A stretch of DNA of 64,000 nt from Lepidodermella squamata (lineage: Eukaryota; Animalia; Gastrotricha), in assembly GCA_047495785.1 (NCBI GenBank), contig JBLDXI010000024.1:2418001-2482000 (forward strand), in the 5' to 3' direction. A program made the translations under genes and the position numbers. Below the pieces are notes generated by a model, which had not been told where the DNA came from, ran no database searches, and saw nothing but the letters and a program-made list of their open reading frames with translations. Shown in pieces: positions 47,181-58,452 of this stretch (position 1 is its first letter; each line of letters begins with the position of its first letter).

Positions 47181-49517
47181 ATGGGAATCAGTCGGGAACA
47201 GCTTTTACTTCTCGCTGTGATTCATTCCTTAAATTACGTAGAAGTGGCTTCAAAAAAGGCACACGATAATTTGACGATGCTGGTGCTTATCACGAAAACT
47301 GGCAATAATCCACGCGATGGTCGATTCTGCCGCGAAGCGGTCGAGATCGTCCTTGACAACGTAAACGCCCGCGACGACATTTTAACCGGCTATAATTTGG
47401 TTGCTCAATACCAAGACGAAGCCGCAAATGGGGACCAAAGCCCACGCCGCGTAATTGAGTTTTTTGAGAGCCAACAACTGACGAAATCTCCAGTGATGGT
47501 TGGACCATTCTTCGGTGGAGGTTGCCAGCGCATGGTTCCAATTTTGCCATACTACAACGCAATCACTGTTTCGATGGGTTGTGCCTCGCCGATATTCTCG
47601 AATCGAAAGACCTATGGCTCGCTGTATCGATCTCGAATCAGCGCTGAAATGGTGATATATCCTCGACTGAAGTTCATCATTGAAGTAGGCAAGTGGAAAA
47701 AGATTGCTTTATTGACCATGGCATCGAATTTCAACGATATATCTGTGGCCAATGCATTCTGGCTTGCAGCAGAGGCAGCCGGGGTTAGTGTAGCTTGGTT
47801 CGACAGTGTAGCTGAAATCACTGAATCAACGATTCTTTCGTTTCAACAAAGCGGACTTCGCATTTTTGTCCTCGAAACTACTCAGGTACCTAATATCGTC
47901 AAAATCCTATGCTTGGCATACAAACTCGGCGTTACTGGCCAGCGCTACGTTTTCATTGGACAGTCAAGTGCTTATACTGATCCGGAAACTTTAGCTCTAA
48001 GTGATGGGTGTACTTCTAGAGATGTTTTGAAAGCCCAACTGTCTCGAACGTATTTTATGGGAATCGACAATGTGGCGATGGCGAATTACGGTTCGACGAT
48101 GCTCGGCTACGACTTGAATGGTTTTGAGCAGATTTTCGACCAGAGAACGCTTGCTTCGAGGACTTCGGACTACGACTTCAGACATCGATGCCATGACGCT
48201 GCTCTCCAGGCTGTTTTGACGCTAAATGCAAGTCTAGAAAAAGGCCTGCACAAATCTGCAGCATCTGTTGATTACATTGGGCTTCGAGTGGGTCGTGAGA
48301 AATTTTCATCAAGATCAGAAATGGACGATGAGCCTCAATCTATTTGTAAATGGCGACCCAAAGGCTATCAATGCCTCTACCGTGTTTACCATCGACCTGA
48401 GAAGGACGTAAACAATCTGACTAATTACGATTTAGTATATCTTGAGTCCGAGGCAGATGTTAAATGGCCGAGAGAGTCCATTTTGTTCGAGCGTCGTGTA
48501 TTGGAAATGCCGTTTTCTGTTTTCATATCAGTCGCATCCGTCGCAATTTTATGTCTGCCTTTGAAACTTTTCGCTCTGGTTGCAAATGTGAAGCTACGAA
48601 ATAATGATGCCATTGTTGCGTCTGACCCATTCCGTCGAATTCTTCAATTAGTCGCAGCTATAACTATTGAAATTGGTAGTATTCTCTGCGCTATAGAAGA
48701 GGCTGAAAGTTTGATATTTTGTTACCTCCGTCCCTTTATCTTAGTTGCAGGACTGAGCTTTCTCCACGGCTTGGAAGTTGCGAAATGCTGGGTTGCAAAA
48801 AACACTTCGAGTGACTCGAGAAGAAGTAATGCAAAGTCAAGCATTTCCTGTACCACCCAACGACCCGGTGCTAAAATCTCTGCTGCTGATGAAAACAGGA
48901 TTTCACCTAAATCTGAGAGTTTATTGAGCAGGATGATTCGAAGAAAGCCAGCAGTTTTCTTAACTATCTCGGCTAGCTTATTCTCTCTGTTGAACTTTAT
49001 CATAACCGCGGTTTGGGTTAGTTTCGAAACTGTCTCCATCAGCGATATTGAGACAGATTTCAGCCAAGATTACGATGAGGATAGTGATACAGTATTTGAA
49101 ACTTCCGCCCAGATCTGCCATACAACAAACCAAACCTATTGGATGACTGTCCTTGCCGTTTTGAACCTTGCCATTCTTCTCTTTGGCACATTCTTGGCCT
49201 ATAGCTTGGGTAAAACCGAGAATAAGGACCAGTTGAAACCTGTGCCGATTCCACGAGCTGATTCAACAGCAGCAGCTGATGCTAAAACGTTGATGGTGCA
49301 TTCGAAAGAGAATCTCGACATCAAATTGGTGAGATTCTGTATCTTTAGCGGCGCTCCGTTGTTTGTCGCCTGTTTGTTGGTAGTTGCTGTTGTGGGGCAG
49401 ATGTCTCCTATATCGCCCCTGATCGTCATCGCGATCTTTGGGATAGTGGTGTCTGAAAGCAGGAGTGGAATACTGTTTCTGCCGATGATCGAGTTGTACT
49501 GGCGAAATTGGAAATGA
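47181..49517 (+). CDS. GABA-B-like class C GPCR, intronless, copy 2
   Basis: AVEIVLDNVNARDDILTGYNL, VMVGPFFGGGC, SPIFSNRKTYGSLYR, FCYLRPFILVAGLS..GLEVAKCW and 7TM. Confidence 0.9.
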   Translation: MGISREQLLLLAVIHSLNYVEVASKKAHDNLTMLVLITKTGNNPRDGRFCREAVEIVLDNVNARDDILTGYNLVAQYQDEAANGDQSPRRVIEFFESQQLTKSPVMVGPFFGGGCQRMVPILPYYNAITVSMGCASPIFSNRKTYGSLYRSRISAEMVIYPRLKFIIEVGKWKKIALLTMASNFNDISVANAFWLAAEAAGVSVAWFDSVAEITESTILSFQQSGLRIFVLETTQVPNIVKILCLAYKLGVTGQRYVFIGQSSAYTDPETLALSDGCTSRDVLKAQLSRTYFMGIDNVAMANYGSTMLGYDLNGFEQIFDQRTLASRTSDYDFRHRCHDAALQAVLTLNASLEKGLHKSAASVDYIGLRVGREKFSSRSEMDDEPQSICKWRPKGYQCLYRVYHRPEKDVNNLTNYDLVYLESEADVKWPRESILFERRVLEMPFSVFISVASVAILCLPLKLFALVANVKLRNNDAIVASDPFRRILQLVAAITIEIGSILCAIEEAESLIFCYLRPFILVAGLSFLHGLEVAKCWVAKNTSSDSRRSNAKSSISCTTQRPGAKISAADENRISPKSESLLSRMIRRKPAVFLTISASLFSLLNFIITAVWVSFETVSISDIETDFSQDYDEDSDTVFETSAQICHTTNQTYWMTVLAVLNLAILLFGTFLAYSLGKTENKDQLKPVPIPRADSTAAADAKTLMVHSKENLDIKLVRFCIFSGAPLFVACLLVVAVVGQMSPISPLIVIAIFGIVVSESRSGILFLPMIELYWRNWK

Positions 49518-50281
49518 GCGACTCCTGAATGCATGTTTTCCCACAATATGTACTAAATTTCAATTTCTGCATAATAAATTCCCTAAGAAAAGCAATTTTC
49601 TTCAGACACAGGCAGTATTTTACCATTAGATTTTTCATCCTGAACGTTAAGGATAGAATATAAAATATGATTCTCTCATAGCGGATTTTAGTATTTAAAG
49701 TGTTTCGAAAAATAAAACCGGTTGAAACTACGACTTTGTAGCAAGGCTACGAAAAGCTTTAAAGCCCTGAATGTCTCAACCAGCCGCATTTAGTTTCATA
49801 CAGTTAGTTAGTATAGTTTATCATATAGTTTTGATCAGCGCTTGATTATTGCTTTTTCATGCCATTTCAAAGATTTTAAGATCAATTGCTCGATATCTGT
49901 GAATCTGTAGCCGATACCCGATACTAGCGCACCTTATTTAAAAATAGGGTAAACTGAAACTGAAACCGTGAAACACCCCCGGAATATTCGGAAGTCATGA
50001 AGTCATGAAATCATCTCTCCACCCGCTTTCATCAGCTAATTTGCTCGCCTTAATGTCGGAGTAAGCGATGCGGGCTGATGACGTTTGTCGATTGAAAAAG
50101 AGACATTGAATCCTGTAGGTAAACATGCATTCCGAGAGGTCCTCTCCATTAGCCATTAGCAGAAATCAGACTGGATATCATCATCCAATTATGTTTAAGA
50201 TCTTGACACTCTGAACGTAGGAGTTCCACATGAATAAAGGGAAAGATATGACGCGAAAAGCCTCATTCATCGCTAGTTAAG

Positions 50282-52594
50282 ATGGCAAGTATCTGCCGTT
50301 TAACCTTTCACTACGCCACGTTCTTATCCCTGTTTTTTGCACCAGCAAACGCCCAAAAGTCAACAAATCTGACGATGCTGGTGCTAGTCACTAAAACAGG
50401 CAATAATCCACGCGACGGTCGATTCTGTCGCGAATCGGTCGAGATTGTCCTTGATAAAGTGAATGGCCGAAACGACATATTACCCCGGTATAACTTGGTG
50501 GCTCAATACCAAGACGAAGCCGCTAACGGAGAGCAAAGCCCTCGCCGCGTGGTCGAGTTTTTCGAAAATCAACAACTGCCTAAATCTCCGGTGATGGTAG
50601 GACCGCTTTTCGCTTTGGGTTGCCAACGTATGGTCCCCATCTTGCCGAACTATAATGCTATCACAGTTTCGATGGGCTGTGCAGCGCCAATCTTCTCGAA
50701 CCGGAAAACCTACGGCTCGTTGTACAGGTCAAGAATCAGCTCTGAAATGACGATATATCCTCGACTGAAGTTCATCACTGATGTTGGCGGATGGCGAAAG
50801 ATTGCATTATTGACATCGGCGACAAGCGTTAACGACTTCACGGTTGCTAACGCATTTTCACTAGTGGCTGAGAGCGCCGGGGTGAATATTGCTTGGTTTG
50901 ACGCCATCACTGACGTAAATGAAGCTACTGTTACTTCATTCAAGAATAGCGGACTACGTGTCCTTGTCGTCGACATAGGCCAGATACCATTGGTAATCAA
51001 AACTCTTTGCCTGGCGTTCAAACTCGGCGTTTCGGGTGATCGATATGTATTCATAGGAACAACGAGTTCTTATACGGATCCCGATACATCCCCATTAACT
51101 GATGGATGTGCCAGCAGGGATGATCTAAAATCGCAATTGTCTCGAACTTACTTTATTGGGATTGACAATAGTGCAGTTGCGAATTACGGCGCAACTATTT
51201 TGGGTTACGACTTGGACGGATTTGAGAATATTTTTGATCGAAGGTCGAATGCTTCAAGAGCGTTTGATTACGACTTCCGACATCGCTGCCATGATGCAGC
51301 TCTCCAAGCTGTTTTGACGCTGAATGCTAGTCTCGAAAAAGGTCTAAACGAAGCCGCAGCCACTGTCGATTACATCGGGCTGCGTGTTGGGCGATTGAAA
51401 TTCTCATCACGTACAGAAATGGACGATGAGCCTCAGTCTATTTGTAAATGGCAAGCTTATTCGGGTTACAACTGTCTCTACCGGGTACACCACCAACTTG
51501 GCAGAGATGTGAAAGATCCAAATACTTACTACATGGTACCGATTGGATCAAACCTGAATCTCAAGTTGCCGAAGGATTCTATCACGTACATTAGTCGATA
51601 CCTGAAGATGCCCCGATGGTTGCTTATCGCAGTAGCCGTTTTAACAGCTATTGGCATGCCACTGAAGATGTTTGCTTTGGCGGCAAATATTAAACTACGA
51701 AGAGATGTGGAGATTGCACCAACTGATGCTTTTCGCAGGATATTTCAAATTATAGCTTCGATTTTTGTTGACATTGCCGCCCTCCTTTGCGCTGCCGATG
51801 AATCTGAAAATGTCCCGATCTGCTACCTCCGGCCACTATTCCTCGTTACAGGATTGAGCTTTCTTCACGGCCTCGAAGTTGCGAAATGTTGGGTATCGAA
51901 AACAATATCTACTGATTCCTCAAGGCTCGTCGTCAACTTCAATTTACCTAATTCCACATTTCGACCTGGAATCAAAATCTATCCAACAACAATTGTTGAC
52001 CGGAGAACCATGAAAGCGTTGAAAAAGGGGAGTATCCTGGCTGAAAGATTCAGGAAGATGCCCCAGTTATGCACAGTTATTCTAGCGATTTTATTCTCAC
52101 TTTTAAATATTATCATCACCGTAATTTGGCTTAGCTATGAAAATGTTTCCGTTAAGACCATGGAATCTGAGCTGTTCTATGACGAGGAGAGTGACACGAT
52201 TGTTGCGACGTTTGCACGAATCTGCCAAACAACTAACCAAATTTACTGGTTGATTGTTCCAGTTATTCTCAACGTCATCTTACTCCTTTTCGGGTTATTC
52301 TTAGCCTACAGCCTGGGTGAAATCGAGAATCATGATCAATCGACAGTTACAAGAGCAGCGCGCATGAAGCCAGAGGCGAAGCTCGACATGAAATCGGTGA
52401 GATTTAGCATATTCTGTGGGACGCCGTTATTCGTTGCCGGTTTGCTGGTGGTAACAGCTGCGGGACAAATCTCCCCTATGTCACCCATCATTGTCATCTC
52501 GATCTTTGCAGTCTTGATATCTCAATGCAGATCCGCAATTCTTTTTGTCCCGATGGCTAAGCCTTACTGGCGGAAGATCTTTAAAAGAGCGTAA
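50282..52594 (+). CDS. GABA-B-like class C GPCR, intronless, copy 3
   Basis: Close paralog of copies 2 and 4 with the same VFT and 7TM motifs. Confidence 0.9.
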   Translation: MASICRLTFHYATFLSLFFAPANAQKSTNLTMLVLVTKTGNNPRDGRFCRESVEIVLDKVNGRNDILPRYNLVAQYQDEAANGEQSPRRVVEFFENQQLPKSPVMVGPLFALGCQRMVPILPNYNAITVSMGCAAPIFSNRKTYGSLYRSRISSEMTIYPRLKFITDVGGWRKIALLTSATSVNDFTVANAFSLVAESAGVNIAWFDAITDVNEATVTSFKNSGLRVLVVDIGQIPLVIKTLCLAFKLGVSGDRYVFIGTTSSYTDPDTSPLTDGCASRDDLKSQLSRTYFIGIDNSAVANYGATILGYDLDGFENIFDRRSNASRAFDYDFRHRCHDAALQAVLTLNASLEKGLNEAAATVDYIGLRVGRLKFSSRTEMDDEPQSICKWQAYSGYNCLYRVHHQLGRDVKDPNTYYMVPIGSNLNLKLPKDSITYISRYLKMPRWLLIAVAVLTAIGMPLKMFALAANIKLRRDVEIAPTDAFRRIFQIIASIFVDIAALLCAADESENVPICYLRPLFLVTGLSFLHGLEVAKCWVSKTISTDSSRLVVNFNLPNSTFRPGIKIYPTTIVDRRTMKALKKGSILAERFRKMPQLCTVILAILFSLLNIIITVIWLSYENVSVKTMESELFYDEESDTIVATFARICQTTNQIYWLIVPVILNVILLLFGLFLAYSLGEIENHDQSTVTRAARMKPEAKLDMKSVRFSIFCGTPLFVAGLLVVTAAGQISPMSPIIVISIFAVLISQCRSAILFVPMAKPYWRKIFKRA

Positions 52595-53508
52595 TCGGCT
52601 GATAATTATGTTGCTCCCCAGTTGAGTTTGACCCGTGACATCATCATATTTTTGTACATCTTAAAGTTTCTTTTATTTTGCTTTTTAACGCTAATTAAAA
52701 AATCGAAACCCTGATAACTTTGCTGAAAACAAGTTTTCTTGTCAGCGTTATCATGTCTAATTGGATTGCTTTACCCTAGAAGGAAGCAACAATTTTAGGG
52801 TATAATCAATGTCACGTGATTGCTATTTTTAATTCTACAGCTGAAACTGTCGGAATCTTATTTTAAAATAGCGTTAATGATCAATTTGCTAATTTGTAAC
52901 CGCTCGACCATGCGAAAAAAACCAGCAAAAAAATAGGCGGTCTTTGCCCTCAAACACGCATGACTGCATAGTCACCCTATAATGTAGCGGAACCAGAACA
53001 ACAATCATAAAACCTGCCGTTGGCGAAACAGAATGTCTCGATGACCTATCTCGAGAGAACCTTTATTCAAGACGGAGATGAGGCGTATGAGGTTCACACA
53101 ATCTTATATCTTCAATCTTAGGGCTCGCCTGGTACATTCATCAGGGTCTCAACTGAAACTGGAACGCTCGCCCCAGAACTCTCGGAAACCCTTAGAACAC
53201 GCAGCTCATGGAATGTGAATAATCCGGGAAAATCACGTTTTGTCTTCTCGCCACCCCCTTTTAATAACTACTAATTCTCTTGAGTTGCTGTCTACGTCAT
53301 TGAGAATGAAGACACGACAACAAGATGAGGGGTGACGATGTTTTCTATCCAGATGTAGGTTAAAAGCATTTCGAGATATTAAGATATTACGATATTAATT
53401 AAAATTTAATCACGTTGATATATTGACGCCTCGGCAGAGTGAGATCCGCATTATAAAAAGGAAGATGAGGGGTCATATTTGCATAGAACAAAATTATCAT
53501 CTGCTAGA

Positions 53509-55836
53509 ATGACAATTGAAATGATTCTAAAATTTTTGATCTTTTTATATCTGTTTCGCTCCCGATCAAGCGCGATGAAGTCACAGAACTTGACGATGTT
53601 GGTGCTTATCAGTAAAACAGGCAACATGCCCCGCGATGGTCGCTTCTGCCGCGAATCGGTCGAGATTGTCCTTGACGAGGTAAACGGTCGAAATGACATA
53701 TTACCTGGGTATAACTTGGTAGCGCAATATCAAGACGAGGCTACAAATGGGGATCAAAGCCCTCGCCGTTTAGTCGAGTTTTTCGAAAACACGGCGCTGC
53801 TCAAATCCCCAGTGGTTGTTGGGCCCTTGTTCGCTGGAGGTTGCCAACGTATGGTGCCAATTTTACCATATTACAACGCCATTACTGTTTCTATGGGCTG
53901 CGGTTCGTCGATATTCTTGAACCGGAAAATCTACGGCTCCTTGTATCGATCTCGAATCAGCGCTGAGATGGCGGTGTATCCTCGGCTCAAATTCATCTTA
54001 GAAGTTGGGAAGTGGCAGAAGGTCGCATTGCTAACTTCTGCAACAACTTTCATCGACTTTTCCGTTGCCAATTCATTCTGGCTAACAGCGGAAGGAGCCG
54101 GAATCGATGTCGCTTGGTTTGACGCCGTGGTCGATGTTACTGAAGCGACCATCCTATCATTCAAGAAAAGCGGACTACGTGTTGTTATTCTTGACATAAG
54201 CAATGTACAGTTGATTGTCAAAGCTCTTTGCCTGGCGTTCAAAAACGGCATTTCAGGCGATCGTTATGTTTTCATAGCTTCATCAAGCTCAACCTATCCT
54301 GATCCGGAAACATCGCCACTATCTGATGGGTGTACAAGTAAAGCCGATCTGAGTAGCCAACTTTCTCGAATGTATTTTATCGGAATAGAAAATAGTGCAA
54401 CAGCTAATTACGGCACAACAATTCTGGGATATGACTTGGACGGATTCGAGAAGATTTTCGACCAACGAACCAATTCTTCAAGAACATCGGATTACGATTT
54501 CCGACATCGATGCCATGACGCGGCTCTCCAAGCTGTTTTGACCCTGAATTCAAGTCTTGAAAGAGGTTTACAGGAATCTGCGGCCTCAGTCGATTACATC
54601 GGAATACGTGTTGGCCGGCTGAAATTTTCATCACGAACAGAAATGGACGATGAGCCTCAGTCTATTTGTAGATGGCAAGCCTCGGGATTTAAATGCCTAT
54701 ATCGAATCTATCACTCGGCTGGTAAGGATGTCAGAGATCTTAAGAATTACTATATGTTACAAATCGGGTCCAATGCGGATGTTCCCAAGTTGCCAAGAGA
54801 TTCGATCATGTACCTTAGCTGCTATTTGACGATGCCTCAGTCACTGCTTATGGCAGTAGGAATTCTAACAGCTCTAGGCCTACCATTAAAGATGTTCGCT
54901 ATTGCCGCAAATATCAAACTTCGACACGATAGGGAGATTATAGATGCTTACCGCCGCATATTTCAAATTATAGCTTTGAGTGTTGTTGACATTGCTGCCC
55001 TCCTTTGTGCCGCTGATGAATCTGGAAATTTCCCGCTCTGCTACCTTCGACCACTATTCCTCGTTACAGGATTGAGCTTGCTCCACGGTCTCGAAGTTGC
55101 GAAATGTTGGGTATCACATACTATATCTGCTTATTCAAGAATCCCGACCATTCTTGCAAACCCAACTATGTCTTACACAACTACCCGACCGGGAATGAAA
55201 ATCCACCATCCTCCTCGAAAAATTGTGAAAGCGCCGAAGAAGAAGAGCATCCTGACGGATTTATTCATGAGGAAGCCGAAATTATGCGCTATCGTTATAG
55301 CGATTTCGTTCTGTATATTAAACACTTTCATCGTCACAGTTTGGCTTAGCTATGAAAATGTTTACGTTAAGACCATGGAATCTGAACAATTCTACGACGA
55401 GGAGAATGACACGGTTATTGCGACGTTTGCAAAAGTCTGCCAGTCGACTAATCAAACTTACTGGTTGATTGCTCCGGTTGTTCTCAACGTTATCATGCTC
55501 CTATTTGGGCTATTCTTGGCCTACAGTTTGAGTGAACATGAGAATCACGATCACGATCATGATCTCTCGATATTTGCAATAATTACCGCACACGTTTCAC
55601 GCGCTACATTAGAGGAAAGGCTAGATCTGAAATCGGTGAGATTTTGCATTTTTTGCGGGGCTCCGTTATTCGTCGCGGCTCTGCTATTGGTGACGGCGGT
55701 TGGGACCATCTCTCCCATGTCGCCAATGATTGTTATTTCGATCTTTGCAGTCTTGATATCTCAGAGCAAAGCTGCAATCCTTTTCGGGCCTGTGGCTAAG
55801 CTTTATTGGCAAAAAATCGTCAAAATGCCTGGTTAA
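53509..55836 (+). CDS. GABA-B-like class C GPCR, intronless, copy 4
   Basis: First ATG at 53509 (alternative 53521) precedes the signal peptide; close paralog of copy 3. Confidence 0.9.
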   Translation: MTIEMILKFLIFLYLFRSRSSAMKSQNLTMLVLISKTGNMPRDGRFCRESVEIVLDEVNGRNDILPGYNLVAQYQDEATNGDQSPRRLVEFFENTALLKSPVVVGPLFAGGCQRMVPILPYYNAITVSMGCGSSIFLNRKIYGSLYRSRISAEMAVYPRLKFILEVGKWQKVALLTSATTFIDFSVANSFWLTAEGAGIDVAWFDAVVDVTEATILSFKKSGLRVVILDISNVQLIVKALCLAFKNGISGDRYVFIASSSSTYPDPETSPLSDGCTSKADLSSQLSRMYFIGIENSATANYGTTILGYDLDGFEKIFDQRTNSSRTSDYDFRHRCHDAALQAVLTLNSSLERGLQESAASVDYIGIRVGRLKFSSRTEMDDEPQSICRWQASGFKCLYRIYHSAGKDVRDLKNYYMLQIGSNADVPKLPRDSIMYLSCYLTMPQSLLMAVGILTALGLPLKMFAIAANIKLRHDREIIDAYRRIFQIIALSVVDIAALLCAADESGNFPLCYLRPLFLVTGLSLLHGLEVAKCWVSHTISAYSRIPTILANPTMSYTTTRPGMKIHHPPRKIVKAPKKKSILTDLFMRKPKLCAIVIAISFCILNTFIVTVWLSYENVYVKTMESEQFYDEENDTVIATFAKVCQSTNQTYWLIAPVVLNVIMLLFGLFLAYSLSEHENHDHDHDLSIFAIITAHVSRATLEERLDLKSVRFCIFCGAPLFVAALLLVTAVGTISPMSPMIVISIFAVLISQSKAAILFGPVAKLYWQKIVKMPG

Positions 55837-56257
55837 TTCGATAATTCTCTGTGCTGGAGTAAAAATGATGAAGTAATGTGTACAATTTGTGCTATCCTTA
55901 ACTATTTTTTCACGCAATTTCCTCACTTTGTCTGCGCGGATCGGTCTTTGCCTGTGGAGATTTCCCTTTTCCTCAATCCGTTTCGTCAGCAGGCCCCTAT
56001 TTTGTACACTACTTAGTCTAATTAGAAGACTGACTTTAAAGCGTGGTCGATTCGATAATTTGGATTAAAATAACTATCGGACGTGTTTACGATTTCATTT
56101 CAGCCCTTCAACATGTGAGAGTATCTTATTTCGACAAGTCATACGTGATATTCTTAACCCGACAAAATGCTCCAATGAAAGATCTGTTTTATTTACCGAA
56201 ATTAAATCTGGCTTGGTTGGTTTCTCTAAAGCGCGGCTATGCCAGGTGGATTTTAAA

Positions 56258-57825
56258 TTAAATAAACAATATTAGCACGGGTAGTAGTACAAGGCATAGT
56301 CTCGTCAAAGGCATGATATCCCTCGGTGCATTCGCAGTGGGACCTTTGTAGTCACTCCTCAAACCCTCGGTATGCGCAAATATCGCAACAGGTGCTCCTG
56401 TGCCGCCTTGAATACGCAGATGAACAAAAAGGCAAGAGCTGACGGGGTTCATATGAGTTTCCTTGTCCAAATTTGGCAAACGATCCACTACAGCGACATT
56501 TTCGATTCCGATAGCGTTGCCTCGCGCCAGGGCGATGTGACTTTGCAGGCTTCTGATACCGTTAGAACCGTCTAAGCTCATTGTATCAATTCCCAGACCA
56601 ATAATTTTACGGTCCTATGTTCAAAAACACTTAAAGAATATGCTCACTTGAAGACTCAAAATCAGTACCTGAACCAGCCATTTAGTGGCATCGGGGTCAA
56701 TCCCCATGAAGCGGATGTTGCCTTTCGCATCAACGCCCAAGTAATCATCAACATTGAGCCATTTTCGGTTGTTATGTGTGTCAACAAAAACGAACGACCC
56801 CTCAGGAATCCGCCTACCCGCTTTTTGCTCCCATTCAATGAAAACGCTAGCTCCGATAAGCATGTTCCAAGTCGTGTTGTAGAGATGAACCCTGATGCAT
56901 GGCACGAAAGTTCGGTCAGGCGGGACGGTCTCAGCTGTAAATCCGTTGTCAAGAAGATGGTAAGGCGCTTCGATGTGAGTGCCGTAATGCTCGTTGAAAT
57001 TTATCTCGCCTTCCGCATGGTTTATCTCCGGTTTTTGGTAACCGGGGTGAAGAGGGATGTTACCAACGAAGTCGTGATTCAGTATCTCGAGACGACGAAC
57101 TGGTGTCCTGGCGCATCTCAGACTCCCATGGCCATGGTCGACAAGAATCAGATTAGCCAGTAGAGGTAAATCCCTCGTATTTCGGGATAATATTTCGAAT
57201 AACAGTATATACCCGGTGTATTGAGCCGATTCCTGAGGCAAAAGTTCGTGGTAGGCGAGATTTTTTATTATCATAATTTCCTTCTTCAAAAGCCGCTCCT
57301 CGAGTTGCATTGGTAGGGATTGGCCGAGGAATGTTCCGATAATGACGATTGAACGGCCAAGTAGCTCGATTAAATCCTCATCCATGTCAATGACAGGCTG
57401 AGCAAAAATAATGATAGTCCATTGCTCCCGAATATGCATCCAACTGACGTTTGATCTTGTCATATTGGCAGGATTGTCGGCGTAGTAGAACGCTGGTACG
57501 CATCCCTTTGCTGAAAATGGCAAAATGTCATCCTAAAACAGCAAAAAATCTTTTAGTGTATAATTAAGGAGGTTGAGCAAACTCTTACGTAACGTATAAC
57601 TGTTAAGTTGGATTTCTTGAGATTTGCGATGATGTAATTTGTTTTCACGCGTAAATTGTTGCCCAGGTCGATAGTTTTGTCAGTTTGGTCGGTAATGTTG
57701 ACATAGGGCCCAGGTCGAATAACCTGGCCTAGTTCGATCACTTGCGGGAGGGAAAGTGACCAAACATTATGCCAGAAGATTGAGATGGATTGAGCTTTGA
57801 TCAACAGCAAAAACCATGAGGCCAT
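56258..57825 (-). CDS. Cyclase-family (kynurenine formamidase/isatin hydrolase-like) protein, secreted, probable tandem domain and GPI anchor; exons 57825-57589, 57532-56669, 56614-56258
   Basis: NEHYGTHIEAPYH (HxGTHxDxPxH variant), FIEWEQKAGRRIPEGS, AT.WLVQ-DRKIIGLGIDTMSLD, GIENV and GGTGAPVAIFA; N-terminal signal and hydrophobic C-terminus. Confidence 0.82.
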
Positions 57826-58452
57826 TATTAAACAGATATATTTGCTACATAAGCATTTGTTGTCTGCGCTGTCTCATTATCTTCCTCGCATTTCCGCAGC
57901 GATCATTCGCGCAGAAAAAAATATGGTACGTGATTTAAATTTTTATTTCAATGACCAAGCAGCAGTTATTATTTTTGGTTAGATACTACATTATAACACG
58001 ACATGGACGATTCTACGGCCGCTTCCGTGCTCGCAGATTAGAGACGCCCGAACGATCGATGCGAAGAAATATTCGCATTAATATCAACTGGCGTAATTGC
58101 ATTATATGCGCACATATATCGTGCGTGTGTATATTTTAAACAATGATTGTGATATTTATATGCGCGATAATGCGCTTCTCTTGTCGTCATTATCATTTTT
58201 GTATGGTTGATAGTAGTGGGATAGCCCCAGTGCGGGCTATCGTTCCAGTGGTCACTCACTCTCTTTTGAGATCGCCTGAGGATCCGGAATAAAAAATGAA
58301 CAAACAACGCTACTAGAATATTCTTTCAAGTCGCATTTGAACTACTGGAAAACTACATGCGAAATTTTCAGAATTAAAACATCAGAATGAAGATAACACA
58401 AATAATCAGGAAATAATGTTTAGAGCGGTATCGGGAAAATCCCATCTTACAT

